From the NCBI GenBank assembly GCA_002633005.1, contig NMRA01000032.1, positions 910,911 to 974,910 of the forward strand: a stretch of DNA of 64,000 nt, in the 5' to 3' direction. Of this stretch, positions 39,144 through 51,414 are shown in pieces. How positions within the stretch are numbered: position 1 is the stretch's first letter; the number at the start of each line of letters is the position of its first letter. The translations under genes were made by a program, and so were the position numbers. Source of the stretch: Phoronis australis (taxonomy: Eukaryota; Animalia; Phoronida). The notes under the pieces were generated by a model, which was given only the letters and a program-made list of their open reading frames with translations, was not told the origin of the DNA and searched no databases.

Positions 39144-40651
39144 CTGAAACACAAAATATGTCATATTTAGCACAAAAATGCTCATTACTTAAAAAAACAA
39201 GATAACAGTTCATAGAAAGCTCTTTTTTACTAATGCCAAACTTTGACTTTTTGTTTCAGGGATAAAGTCACGATTTTATAGCTCTTCGTTATTACATACA
39301 CATTTCCAGCGCATTCGTTGAATGAGCAAAAATTAAAATCAAATAAAACGTAAATTAATAAAGAAAAATAACTATGTTTGGATATTTAATTCTTGTCCCG
39401 AGCTTTTTTAGGATCTATAATTTACTGAATTTTGACCTATCAAAAGCCAATAGTCACTCAGTTTTAAGTAAATAATGTATGGCAAAAAGTACTGTACTTG
39501 AACACCACTAAGTTAAAATCAAGTGATTTTGGCTAATTTCAAACACTGCTTTCCAATTGGTAGCATATCACAAATGACGAAGCACTGAAATGTTGAAGTA
39601 AAGTGATCGTAGTTCATCATTGTGCCTATGGTTACTACAAACTAAAGTTGCGACTGACAGGCAGTGTTATAGACTATAGCAAACAAAAAACAATCAGACA
39701 AAATGACCCAGAATTCCCCGACATGACGGCTGGGCGCAAACAGAAATTTAAATCATGATAACTGAGTGCAAGAAGAAACCACCATCAGAGCCATCAGAAT
39801 GATCCACCATGATAACTGTCATGAAATGGAAACGATATTTTGTCTGATTACTTTTGATTTGTACTACAGTTCAGTTTGCGGAAGCACTCGACAGACAATA
39901 AGTGGCACACACAACTTCCTGACACGTGAGCTAGCAATCAAACAAAACCAGCAAGCAACAGAAAAGCATAACATAACAATGAAAAAACTTCCCTACTTTG
40001 GAATTATGTCCATGAATTTTAAACAGTCATCAAGAAAACGTAGAGTTATGGCAGTGATTTGTTAATGAAAAATGTTCTTGTTCTCTAATGATCAAAAATT
40101 GTGAAAATTTTGCCTGCTTCAGTGTTGGCAATTAAAGAGATCATCTTAAATGACATTTAAAAGCACAATATTTCAGCCGTGGATCGTTAACTGAATTGGT
40201 GCTTGTGGTCACGGGAACATTATGTTAATGAAAATGAACAAACCCAAAAAATGAAGTGTGGTAAATCCTCGTGTTAAACAAATGCAATGGTTTTTGTTAT
40301 TGGAAAATCGAGTGCAAGGCATGAATTTTACAAAAAAATGAAATCAATGTAACAAGACTTTTTCCAGAATTCTAGTCCTTTCCTGAACCAAGAACTTTAT
40401 GAAGTAAAAGTCAAAAATGGGGATACTGCCATTAGTGGCCAGGCTATCCCATTGCGAAATCATATCAGTAACAATTCTTTGATTTATTCTACCAATAGAC
40501 AAACAGATTTGCCATTGACAACAGCACAACAGGCAAAAAATCAATAATGTTATCAGATCACATAATCCATAATCAATAATAAACTTGTTTTATGTTGTAC
40601 TACATATTGTTAGTGTTCTAATTAAATGTCACAATGTACTTAATAACATAC

Positions 40652-40789
40652 AACATTAGATCCAGCAGTGGTTGAAGAAGTAGCCGTCTGATCAGGAATA
40701 TCGTCTGCTGCTTTGTGAGTCGGAGCAGACGATGGTTGACTTTGCTGAGTGTCATAAGAATGTTGTTGTGGTTTATGCAATGTGCCATT
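40652..40789 (-). CDS. Uncharacterised acylated protein coding exon 2
   Basis: TTTACAG acceptor, GTATGT donor. 138 nt, phase 0-0. Encodes NGTLHKPQQHSYDTQQSQPSSAPTHKAADDIPDQTATSSTTAGSNV. Confidence 0.78.
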
Positions 40790-41824
40790 CTGTAAACAGT
40801 GATCACAGTGCAGCATCTTTAAACAAGAAGCATTATAAATTAAAAGGAAGTCAGTCGGTTAAATTGGACTGTGGTGCAAACTGGGTTAAATAAAAACGGA
40901 AGTTTTGGCTCAACATAGAAACCACAGTCTGAAATCAATTTCCAAACAAGCCTGGTGGTTAAAACATGATGTTACAAGCTGATAACAGTTACAGTAAGCA
41001 AAACAAGGTCAACAGGGGTCACTTAGATAAATTTGCATAGTAAAAACAAATCGCACATTATGCCAGTTCACTGTACCATCAAGTTGTCTATTTATCATTC
41101 CAGAACTGAGACCCTAGACTATTGCGCAATTTGAATTGGTTACAGCAAACTTCTGTGCCCAAGGTTTCATTCAGAAAAAATGGTACAGGAGCGTTCTCAT
41201 GAGGTAAAAACTACCTATATCAGTATTGTAACTCTTTAAATGTACTCTCATTTCAATGCCTTACCCAATAGAGTGGACCATTACAGAAAAAATAAAAGAA
41301 AGAAAACAATTGCCAGGATAATAATTGTTTCTGTAAAAAGCCATACCCATAGCAAAACCTCCATAAAATGTCAGTCCACAACAATACCAGACTTGACAAA
41401 AGTACTGCCCAAAGGAATTGGCGAAAAATAGACCCATATGGATACCAGACTTGCCAAAAACCTTACCCGTTTGGAAATTAAAATCGATGAAAACCAAACC
41501 AATTTCGTCGCCAAATTCAGCAAAAACCCTAACCATTTCATTGGCACATGTGCACTCACCTATACCATGGAACCCTCCCCCCATCTTAGTTTAGAATGTT
41601 TTAACAAGATCCTGGAAGGGTTAGTTGTGATGCAGTTTCACTGAACATCTTTTTTACAAGCTCGACCTACTAACTAGAGGTTAAATCATATACATTTATA
41701 AATATGCAAGCTAACCATGTTAACCAAGCACGAAACCACTACTTTCAAGCCAAAACCACACAAGGCTTACGAGTAATATTTGATGCACACGGTGCAGCCA
41801 TAGCTATGCAAGCAACTAACATAC

Positions 41825-41995
41825 CGACTTTGGATCGTCATTAGTAACAATGACCTGCGTCTGCGTGTGCTGTTGAGGTTGTACTGGTGCCACAGGTTTC
41901 TGTGCTGGTCCTCCGTATGGCTGATGTGTAGGTTGTCGAGGATAACCAGGCGAGGTGTGCGAAGACGGAACAGGAGCGCTTGATCCACATCCCAT
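41825..41995 (-). CDS. First coding exon (copy A) with MGCGSS myristoylation/palmitoylation motif
   Basis: TTTTATAG-ACA-ATG. Encodes MGCGSSAPVPSSHTSPGYPRQPTHQPYGGPAQKPVAPVQPQQHTQTQVIVTNDDPKS; GTATGT donor, phase 0. The ORF track lists only other frames here. Confidence 0.82.
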
Positions 41996-43922
41996 TGTCT
42001 ATAAAATAAACCAAAAGCTTTTCATTTAAGCCTCTACAAATCATATTCTAATTCTAAAAACATTCAACTATCATCTCTTGCATATTTGCTCTCCCAAAGC
42101 AACCTCATCACGTTATCCATTGTTTGAATTGAAATTAATAACAATAATAAATCATCTGGTAGCCATATTTCCTTGGCAGCCAAATATTTCCCAAGCAGCC
42201 ATACTTCCCTGACAGCCAAATTGCCTTGGTGAGAACCTGTGGTGAGAAGCAACTTGACTGGCCTGGTCCATGTTGTCTTCCTATACAGAGCACATCCTAG
42301 CTTTTAAGTAAGAAAGAATTTCCCTATGCAGTCTTAAAGTGAAATAGTTTTATTCATGTGATTCACTTCAAGCTCAATTCTAAAATAGCGACAGCGTATG
42401 TATCTAAGCCAATTAACGAGTACGGTTCGTACTAAATTTAGAACGCTAAAAAAATGGACAAGTGAGCAGACTAAAGTTATACTGATTACGTATGCGTAAT
42501 TTAAAAGGTTTAGTCGAGATTATTTTTCTCAAGGGTCCTAAATTGTCTTGCCACTTACCGCCATTTTGCGTTCGTTGTGTCATCATCTGCTCATTATGCA
42601 CCCGCGCTGTGGAATGAGTACCCCGACTGACTGGTCCGCCAGTCGGGGTACAGCCATGTTCTTTATCAGTTTGACAGTGACAAACCAATGTTTACATAGT
42701 CCAGCTCTCTTATTGTCTGCTTTCATCTGATAAGCTCACGACTTTCAACAAATGTCATGAAGCAGATGTGTTTTGTATGAAATACTTTCACCAAAAAACT
42801 TGGAATAAAGAAAAAACAATTGACTTTCAGAGAAATTACTAGACTTAACTTTCACCTGTAGATTCCTTTGTGTGAGTGTAAGCTCTGATGGGCACAGGAT
42901 TGTGTACCAACACAAAAGACTTTTACTTGCCTGACAAATTTAATCGAGCATGATTCTAGATTAGATCATGATAGTGGAAATTTCTTGATTTTTACACTGG
43001 AGAATTGTATGTAATGACAGAGCATAGCTTTTAAGTAAACATGTCTCAAAACAACAAATCCAGAAAGACTTGAAGTGATAACTGTGATTCATGGTATTCT
43101 CGATAGAAAGGACCGCAACAACGTAGCGACATCTTGTGTTTAATACAGTGAAACTTTAAAGTTAGTACAGTGGAATGTTAGTCCAGTCAAATGAGAAAGG
43201 TGACGAATTTGGTAGGGTAGGTTATCACACTGATCTAAGATATGCTCCAACCGCAAACTAGTCAGGACTAACTCTACAGCAAAACCAGCTTTGGATTATG
43301 AAATCAACAGAACTAGAAATTCTTCTAATATTTCATACACTCAAACAATTTCCACTTCTTAAATGTGCAATGCTATCAGTTGTGCATATTTTCTTCAGTC
43401 NAAAAGAAAACAACTGCCAGGATAATAATTGTTTCTGTAAAAAAACATACCCATAGCAAAACGTCCATAAAATGTCAGTCCACAACAATACCAGACTTGA
43501 CAAAAGTACTGCCCAAAGGAATTGGCGAAAAATAGACCCAGATACCAGACTTGCCAAAAAACTTACCCGTTTGGAAATTAAAATCAATGAAAACCAAACC
43601 AATTTCGACGCCAAATTCAGCAAAAACACTAACCATTTCACTGGCACATGTGCACTCACCTATACCATGGAACCCTCCCCCATCTCAGTTTAGAGTGTTT
43701 TAACAAGACCCTGGAAGGGTTAGTTGTAATAAAGTTTGACTGAACATCTTTTTACCACCTCGAGCTACTAACTAGAGGTTAAATCATAAACATTTATAAA
43801 TATGCAAATTAACCATGTTAACCAAGCACCAAACCACTACTTTCAAGCCAAAACCACACAAAGCTTATGAGTAATATTTGATGCACACGGTGCAGCCATA
43901 GCTATGCAAGCAACTAACATAC

Positions 43923-44093
43923 CGACTTTGGATCGTCATTAGTAACAATGACCTGCGTCTGGGTGTGCTGTTGCGGTTGTACTGGTGCCACAGGTTTCTG
44001 TGCTGGTCCTCCATATGGCTGATGTGTAGGTTGTCGAGGATAACCAGGCGAGGTGTGCGAAGACTGAACAGGAGCGCTTGATCCACATCCCAT
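43923..44093 (-). CDS. First coding exon (copy B), duplicate or allele of 41825-41995
   Basis: Same splice sites. Four substitutions versus copy A: three synonymous and one P10Q. Confidence 0.75.
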
Positions 44094-46197
44094 TGTCTAT
44101 AAAAAAAAAAAAAAAAGCTTTTCATTTAAGCCTCTACAAATCATATTCTAATGCTAAAAACATTCAACTTTCATCACCTGCATATTTGCTCTCCCAAAGC
44201 AACATCATCACGTTATCCATTGTTTGAATTGAAATTAATTGCAATAATAAATCATTTGGAATTTCTCTGGTAGCCATATTTCCTTGGCAGCCATATATTT
44301 CCCAAGCAGCCATACTTCCCTGACAACCAAATTGCCTTGGTGAGACCCTGTGGTGAGAAGCAACTTGATTGGCCTGGTACATGTTGTCTTCCTATACAAA
44401 GCGCATCCTAGCTTTTAAGTAAGAAAGAATTTCCTTATGCAGCCTCAAGGTGAAATAATTTTATTCATATGATTCACTTCAAGCTCAATTCTAAAATAGC
44501 GACAGCGTATGTATCTAAGCCAATTAACGAGTACGGTTCACACTAAATTTAGAACGGTAAAAACATGGACAAGTGAGCAGACTAAAGCTATACCGATTAC
44601 GTATGCGTAATACAAAACGTTTAGTCACGATTATTTTCCTCAAGCGTCCTAAATTGTCTTGCCACTTACCGCCATTTTGCGTACGTTGTGTCATCATCTA
44701 CTCATTATGCACCCGCGCTGTGGAATGAGTACCCCGACTGAATGGTTCGCCAGTCGGGGTACAGCCATGTTCTTTATCAGTTTGACAGTGACAAACCAAT
44801 GTTTACATAGTCCAGCTCTCTTATTGTCTGCTTTCATCTGATAAGCTCACGACTTTCAACAAATGTCATGAAGCAGATGTGTTTTGTATGAAATACTTTC
44901 ACCAAAAAACTTGGAATAAAGAAAAAACAATTGACTTTCAGAGAAATTACTAGACTTAACTTTCACCTGTAGATTCCTTTGTGTGAGTGTAAGCTCTGAT
45001 GGGCACAGGATTGTGTACCAACACAAAAGACTTTTACTTGCCTGACAAATTTAATCGAGCATGATTCTAGATTAGATCATGATAGTGGAAATTTCTTGAT
45101 TTTTACACTGGAGAATTGTATGTAATGACAGAGCATAGCTTTTAAGTAAACATGTCTCAAAACAACAAATCCAGAAAGACTTGAAGTGATAACTGTGATT
45201 CATGGTATTCTCGATAGAAAGGACCGCAACAACGTAGCGACATCTTGTGTTTAATACAGTGAAACTTTAAAGTTAGTACAGTGGAATGTTAGTCCAGTCA
45301 AATGAGAAAGGTGACGAATTTGGTACGGTAGGTTATCACACTGATCTAAGATATGCTCCAACCGCAAACTAGTCAGGACTAACTCTACAGCAAAACCAGC
45401 TTTGGATTATGAAATCGACAGAACTAGAAATTCTTCTAATATTTCATACACTCAAACAATTTGCACTTCTTAAATGTGCAAAGCTATCAGTTGTGCATAT
45501 TTTCTTCAGTCACTCTTCTAATAATTCCTACACTTCTAAAATATTTATACTCTTTGCCTAATGAAAGCATAGAATCAATATCACAAGTAAAATTTTCTAC
45601 AAATTAATGGAGAAATTAACGCAAGTGTATGTCTGAGCTCCCAATTATGACCATGAACACTTACTTATTAACGGCAATATAATAGTTTTCCATGGGTTTT
45701 ATCATTTGATTAAGTACAAAATTGACTCTCATATGCATTTCAAAGGCAACTGTCATTTGTGCAACCTCTGCAAAACAGGGAACAACGACCTTGATTGTAT
45801 GGTACTGAATACATTATTTTATCAAGTACTGCAAAACATGTATTACATAAACTAGAGTTCTCTACCATTTACTTGTCAAAATAATACTCTAGAGCATCAA
45901 TTCCATGTCACCCAAAGGTCACACAGGTGATTTACAGGTGAGGACTTTGATCTGAACACCTTCCTTAAAATCTTCACAAGAGCTCTCACTTTGAACATAT
46001 ATGAAAATAATTTCATTTAGGAATAATTTTGAAAAAAATGCACAGTCATACTGTCACATTTCATCAACCACTGTCATAAATAAACCAAACACAGTGCAAG
46101 CAATTGTAATTAATTAAGCTAAAAGCGTTGACAACCTAATGAATTTCTTAGAATTACTCAGTAATTTACATTGTGACTGAGCAGTTAAAACCGTAAT

Positions 46198-46449
46198 GTA
46201 GTGTCTAGAATGGCAATTTCCACATTGCTCTCATACATATTTAATAAATCTTATTCCTAAAAACTACCGTGTATCAAACATTATTATTATCTATATCATT
46301 TACCAAATTTGAAAGTTGATGTGGTAGTATCTAGAATGGTAATTTCCATAGTGCTCTCATACATATTTAATAAATCTTATTCCTAAAAACTACCGTACAT
46401 CAAACACTATTATTATCTATATCATTTACCAAATTTGAAAGTTGATGTG
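46198..46449. repeat. 126-bp tandem duplication
   Basis: GTAGT(G/A)TCTAGAATGG...GAAAGTTGATGTG at 46198-46323 and 46324-46449, with a few substitutions. Confidence 0.9.
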
Positions 46450-48099
46450 GTGAACATGCCGTTTAAACAAAATTCCTTCATCACAAGTTTTATCCACATT
46501 CATTACTGTGTGTTAGCAGAGCCCTCTTTCATCCCAGGGAAAAGGTGCTTGTGCCTTCTTTAAAGGGAATTTTTTTCTGGTGAGAGGGAAATTCTACCTC
46601 CCGATCACCATCAATAGCAAACCCCCAACCTCATAGGCTCTGCCTCAAGCAGCCAAGACTAACATTTTATTCTCTTTCAATTTTTATCACCTGTGTGAGT
46701 TACAAGAGATTCAAACCTCCACGGGAATTTTGCATTCACTTGGAGGGATTTTTTGGGCCTCCTGAGGGGAACTTTGAATGATTTTTCAAAATTTTCCAGA
46801 GAGGAATGGGGCCAATCTTTGGTTCCAAAATCAAGGTACAGAGGGCCCTGGTTAGTGATGTGTATAATTAGCTTATAAGCCATGCTGGAAACTTAACTTT
46901 CTAAAGAATAGATCAAGACTTGAATTTTTGTTCACAGAATCCTTATTACTTGACTAATCTTGAAAATTCAAGAACCCACATAGTCTAATTTTTACTCCTC
47001 TATTTAGTTTTTATGGTTTCAATCGGTTTTCACAATACAACGTGACGCCTGTTACGTCTGTATTGCCTGAGTCTTTTGTCCGATGTCGCAACACTAACAC
47101 CAATTCTCTACCACGCTGAACAAATACATTAATGTAAACACACAACAACTCAAAATTTTTGTAAACAAATAAAAACTCACCACATTGTTTTAGCCAATTT
47201 TTATCATATTTCTGGCACGAGAAGGATTCTACACTAACCTTTCATAAAGAATTTAATTTCTGAAGCTGAGTGTGTTAAAAAATTACTAGTTTCTGCCCTT
47301 GACATTCAGTATTTTATTGTTGTGAACACATCGTTGAATGAATTAATTGGCCTGTATAACAAAAAAGGTGGTTAGATTAACTTTGGTAAAATCAAGGGCA
47401 GATTACGACACCAGTTTTTCATGGTTGATATAGAAAAGCATTGTCCAACTACATGATACCCCTGAACAGCCCAGTTTCGTAATCACATCCTAAAAACAAA
47501 AAGGAAATGTTGGGCTGACCACGTGAAATTGCAGAAGATTTCTCCAAATTGATTCTTGTATCGTTTAAAGTGAATGTTTACAGTATGTTCTTTAGTGAAA
47601 AGATTGAATAAATCAAACTGACTGGTCAAACATGCAACAAAAGTAATCATTAAACCTGCTATCCACCAGCCATACATAAAAAAACATGACTTTTGTTAAC
47701 GCCACTGATTGTCATAAAACAGTCCCTATTGCAGTAAGAGAGGATTTCAGGGTTTGTAAAGAACTGAGAGTATGTGAGCATCAGAAAGCCATGTGAGCAT
47801 CAGAAAGCCATGTGCTCAGCTTTTCTGGACTGGCTGGTAATTGGTTTCTGCCGAGATGGATATATTAAACGGAATACTCCTGTAACCCAAGTAACGATTT
47901 CGAACTGCTTTCTTGAAATTGTGGAATTTAGGGAGACCTTAAGAGTAAAAAGTGTACACAAAATTCATTTGCTGTACACGCCAGAGCATGTGATGTCATA
48001 TTAAGTGAGCAGTGTAAAAATGGCTAGTTGCCAATTTGTGCAATTGAACAAAGTACTGTTCAAAAGAAAAGATTTATTACGGAAGTATTTGTTCGAGTG

Positions 48100-48470
48100 G
48101 AGGGAGTGTGGACCAGAAGGATAGTTGACCACTTCTTTTATTGAAGGTCATGGGTTTGAGTCCCACTGGGGCACATTGCTTGACCCTTGAGTCAGGTCTC
48201 TAGCTCCTCAGCTCGATTTTAATTATATATTAATAAACCATAAAAATGGTTCCAGGTGATTAGTGCAATGGGCCCTTTATGAGCAGCCTGCGCACGTTTG
48301 GTACAATGTGTACCAGACTGCCTGCAATCATTTTTTTAATTGTTCTAGTTGGAAGGAATTAAAGACATCAACAGCCTCCTAAGGTGTCCCTCTTATGGGC
48401 TCTATGGCTCTATGCGCAAAAAGGTACTTATATATCAAGACATTAAGTAATAACATAAATAATAACGTGA
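48100..48470 (+). mobile_element. Degenerate tRNA-derived SINE
   Basis: A-box-like TGGACCAGAAGG, B-box-like GGGTTTGAGTCCC at 48152-48164, then CCCTTGAG and a (TAA)-rich tail. Confidence 0.5.
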
Positions 48471-48706
48471 CTTTAATGTTTTAATCAGTGCGAGGCATAA
48501 TTCGCCGAAAAGCTTCCCGCATATGAAGATCCTATAGGTGCTTCACCGTCTCTACTGGGGCCAGCTAGAGACAGTGGTCACTGTCTAAATGTTACCCAAT
48601 CACCAGACATCGTGCTCAGTGCTCACCAACACAGATCCTCGTGAGATTCACTAACATTGTAATCTGAAGTTATCACATCATGAACACATAATTGTAGAAT
48701 ACTTAC

Positions 48707-49232
48707 CAACTTTTTAATTTGCACCTTTGTTACTGAGAGATACAAGGAATTGTACTGCACGGGTATTAAGCAATCGCTGTTTTCGATCGTATCTAAAATA
48801 GATTTATTTGCATTACAAAGTGCGACCTACGTCATTGCTATAGGGACATCAAACAGAAAATAGACACAGGCAAAACATGTTAATAACTTGACGTTTTTGT
48901 GTATACTTTTTATCTCAATTCATCCATTTTTATCTAAATTTGAAATTAAATATAGTTTATTCTAGTAGACTTATATTTTTGTAAGACTATTTTACTTTCA
49001 TAAAACGAAATTTCTAAATTATTAGAATAATAATTAAAGTCTGAGAACTTGCTACAAATCAACTTTTATGTACGTTAGGTGTCGCGTGTGTTGTTGCCAC
49101 ATATCAAAAATGGCTGCGCACATATCTTGATCACTACTGGAGAAGGCATTGACGTTTTTTTATTCTATTCTAACAAATTAGCTCCACCTTTATTACATTT
49201 TGGTGCTCTATAGAGACTTCGGGCTGCTTGTG
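48707..49232. promoter_or_regulatory. Putative bidirectional promoter with divergent non-coding first exons
   Basis: Minus-strand GTAAGT donor at 48706 and plus-strand GTAAGT donor at 49233 face outward. CRE-like TACGTCA at 48828-48834, X-box-like motif at 48834-48847, YY1-type AAAATGGC near 49107. Confidence 0.6.
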
Positions 49233-49602
49233 GTAAGTTTGCATGTTTGACTTGTTTCGATTTTGAAATGCAGTAGCTGGGAATGCCGAACCCGAGTTCG
49301 AAGCAAACGTGCACAACCACAGCACAGCCCAGGAACAGGGGTCTTATTTCGATCTTTTAGAACATTACATCCGGTATAAACCATATAACTAGAGGAGTAG
49401 AAAAGGGGGATACATGGTCCCTGATTTGAGAACCAGTTACTCCCGTTGAATAACGGGGATCATTCACTGATTCAGTGGTAGAAACTGGATGTTAATGTTA
49501 TTGTTAAATCAATTTTAAGTCAAGGACAAGGATCCACCTATCCGACTATTACTGAGAAGGGAGTACTGCGTACACTGTTACATAGCTACATAGATGTGCT
49601 GG

Positions 49603-49760
49603 AAGTCTGGCGAGGTTTGCAATCTCGCTACTACGTGACGTGTGGTTGGTTGTTGTTTGACCTTCAATTAGGGTCACTCATTGTTTGACCCCTATCGAAG
49701 GTCAAGCAACAGGTAATCAAGTGCATCACGGAGTGGCGAGATTGCGAACCTCACAAGCTT
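49603..49760. mobile_element. Fold-back (palindromic) MITE
   Basis: GAGGTTTGCAATCTCGCTACTACGTGA...TTTGACCTTC..TAGGGTCA pairs with TGACCCCTA..GAAGGTCAAG...TCACGGAGTGGCGAGATTGCGAACCTC. Confidence 0.8.
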
Positions 49761-50947
49761 GTGCTGCATGTATTGTAACTATGTACTATAATGCCTGATA
49801 TGGTAAACAATTCCCTTCTTACTTATGTTCTTATAAGAAGATTGAAATGATCGAGCTCCCATGCCATGCAGTCTCAAACCAACGGTGCTCACATGTGTTG
49901 GCTTTCATTGCAGTTTTTGCAAATTGCGGTTTTCAAAGAATTATAAGATAATCATTCTGTGTTCTGCTCAGGTTTCGGGCACTCTTATTAGCAACCAAAA
50001 AGTAAAATTTGTCAACGAAAAGGACCTCCTTCAAAATTTAGACTTCGACATCTGTTTCTAGTTCGGCCAGATTAAGATCTCGAGGGTCAGTCTCGTTTCT
50101 AAATCAACCAATGGCATTCAAGTACAAACTAGGTTGTTAGGTTAACTGTACTGACATTTTTTCACAAATCACGACATCAACTTACTCCAGTATAACTCAG
50201 CCACAAGATGGCATTGAGAGAAGGGCATGTGTGTGGAAATTGTTCACATTTTTGCATATACTACTGACCGCTTTTATTAAATGACTTTTTCTGTTTTGGT
50301 TAGGAACGGGTACTGTATTTTGCTTCATTCAGACCTTTCAACTACCACAGGTACGCTTTTGAATTTGTAGTATTTGGGCAAAATTGTGTTCCAAGGTTTA
50401 ACAACAAAATAACTATTTTTTTTCTATCAAATTACATAATTTTTTCCGTAACCATCGTACATGTTGTGTATGGTCTGCGCATTGCGTACTGATAATATTT
50501 TACCTTTTATTAAAGGGGTATTTTGCCCATGTTTAGCTCTTAATGTTAAATTAACCAAAGTGATTTGGGATTTAAAAATATTACCATGCTTGTCCCATCT
50601 TGAATTGTTGCCAAATGAGACAGCAATTCAAGTCACAGGCAATGCGTACATGCGCCATTTTCGAATTTGTAATTTTAGCGATTGTCTAATCCTAATAAAC
50701 TACTGTGTTATTTGTTCAAGTAGCTTAATCAACTTTTCGTTTTTTAGCATCTAAATACTGAGGAAAACCAGTTTTAAGCAAACTCTAACAAAGTGTCAAG
50801 GCTTTTTTGACATTCACACATATTAGACATGATAGCTGTAACACTTCTAGGGCTTCTCGAACTAGATCCAGTAAAACCTTTATCTTCACCGAATTGGTTG
50901 TGATGACCCTTATAGTGTTCAGCTGACCTCTGGTAGTACTTCAACCT

Positions 50948-51414
50948 CCCAGGGTGGGGGGTACTGCTGTAGAAGAGGTATATTGAATACAGGACATGCT
51001 TCTCAGACGGGTGACTTTTTTTAGAACCAGTTTCTATTCAAAAGGCTGGCATTTCTGATAAATTCCCTATTAAAGGGTGCCAACAAAAGGGTTCACTTAG
51101 GGAGTTCAAAATTCTACAAAAGCTTCATTTCCCAACTACGTAAATGAATCTGCAGAATGGTGTTTTTTATTAAATCTTTTGTTGCAGAAGTATGGAGTCA
51201 TTTTTATGATGGCATCTGTTCGAGGTTTATTGAGTTAAAACTATCCATAATTCCTTTTTTTTGGATTAACTCCTTCAAAAGAGTGACCAGTATTTCTGGA
51301 TCAAAACCATATGGAAAAGTGACTTATTCAAGTGATGTCTTTACAAATCTCTTTTTTCAAGTCCTCTCTTTAAATAGGGTGCACCCCCAGTCGAATAAAA
51401 GTACCCCCCCTCGG
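50948..51414. mobile_element. Non-autonomous element with CCC-G(n)-TACT / AGTA-C(n)-GG termini (EnSpm/CACTA-like MITE)
   Basis: CCCAGGGTGGGGGGTACT at 50948 and AGTACCCCCCCTCGG ending at 51414, with internal AAGGG/TAGGG subterminal motifs. Confidence 0.6.

Larger units (their letters stand above)
41298..45511. repeat. ~2.1-kb head-to-tail duplication (41298-43400 and 43402-45511) with a single N at the junction
   Basis: Direct comparison by eye; the N at 43401 falls exactly between the copies. Confidence 0.93.

Noticed and set aside
41240-41644. ORFs MGGGFHGIGE... and MDTRLAKNLTRL... and their duplicates near 43.3-43.7 kb
   Set aside because: The frames are not preserved between the two copies and there are no convincing splice sites; this looks like repeat-derived intron sequence.
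47771-47815. 19-bp tandem repeat ATGTGAGCATCAGAAAGCC
   Set aside because: About 2.3 copies; ordinary local slippage with no further structure.
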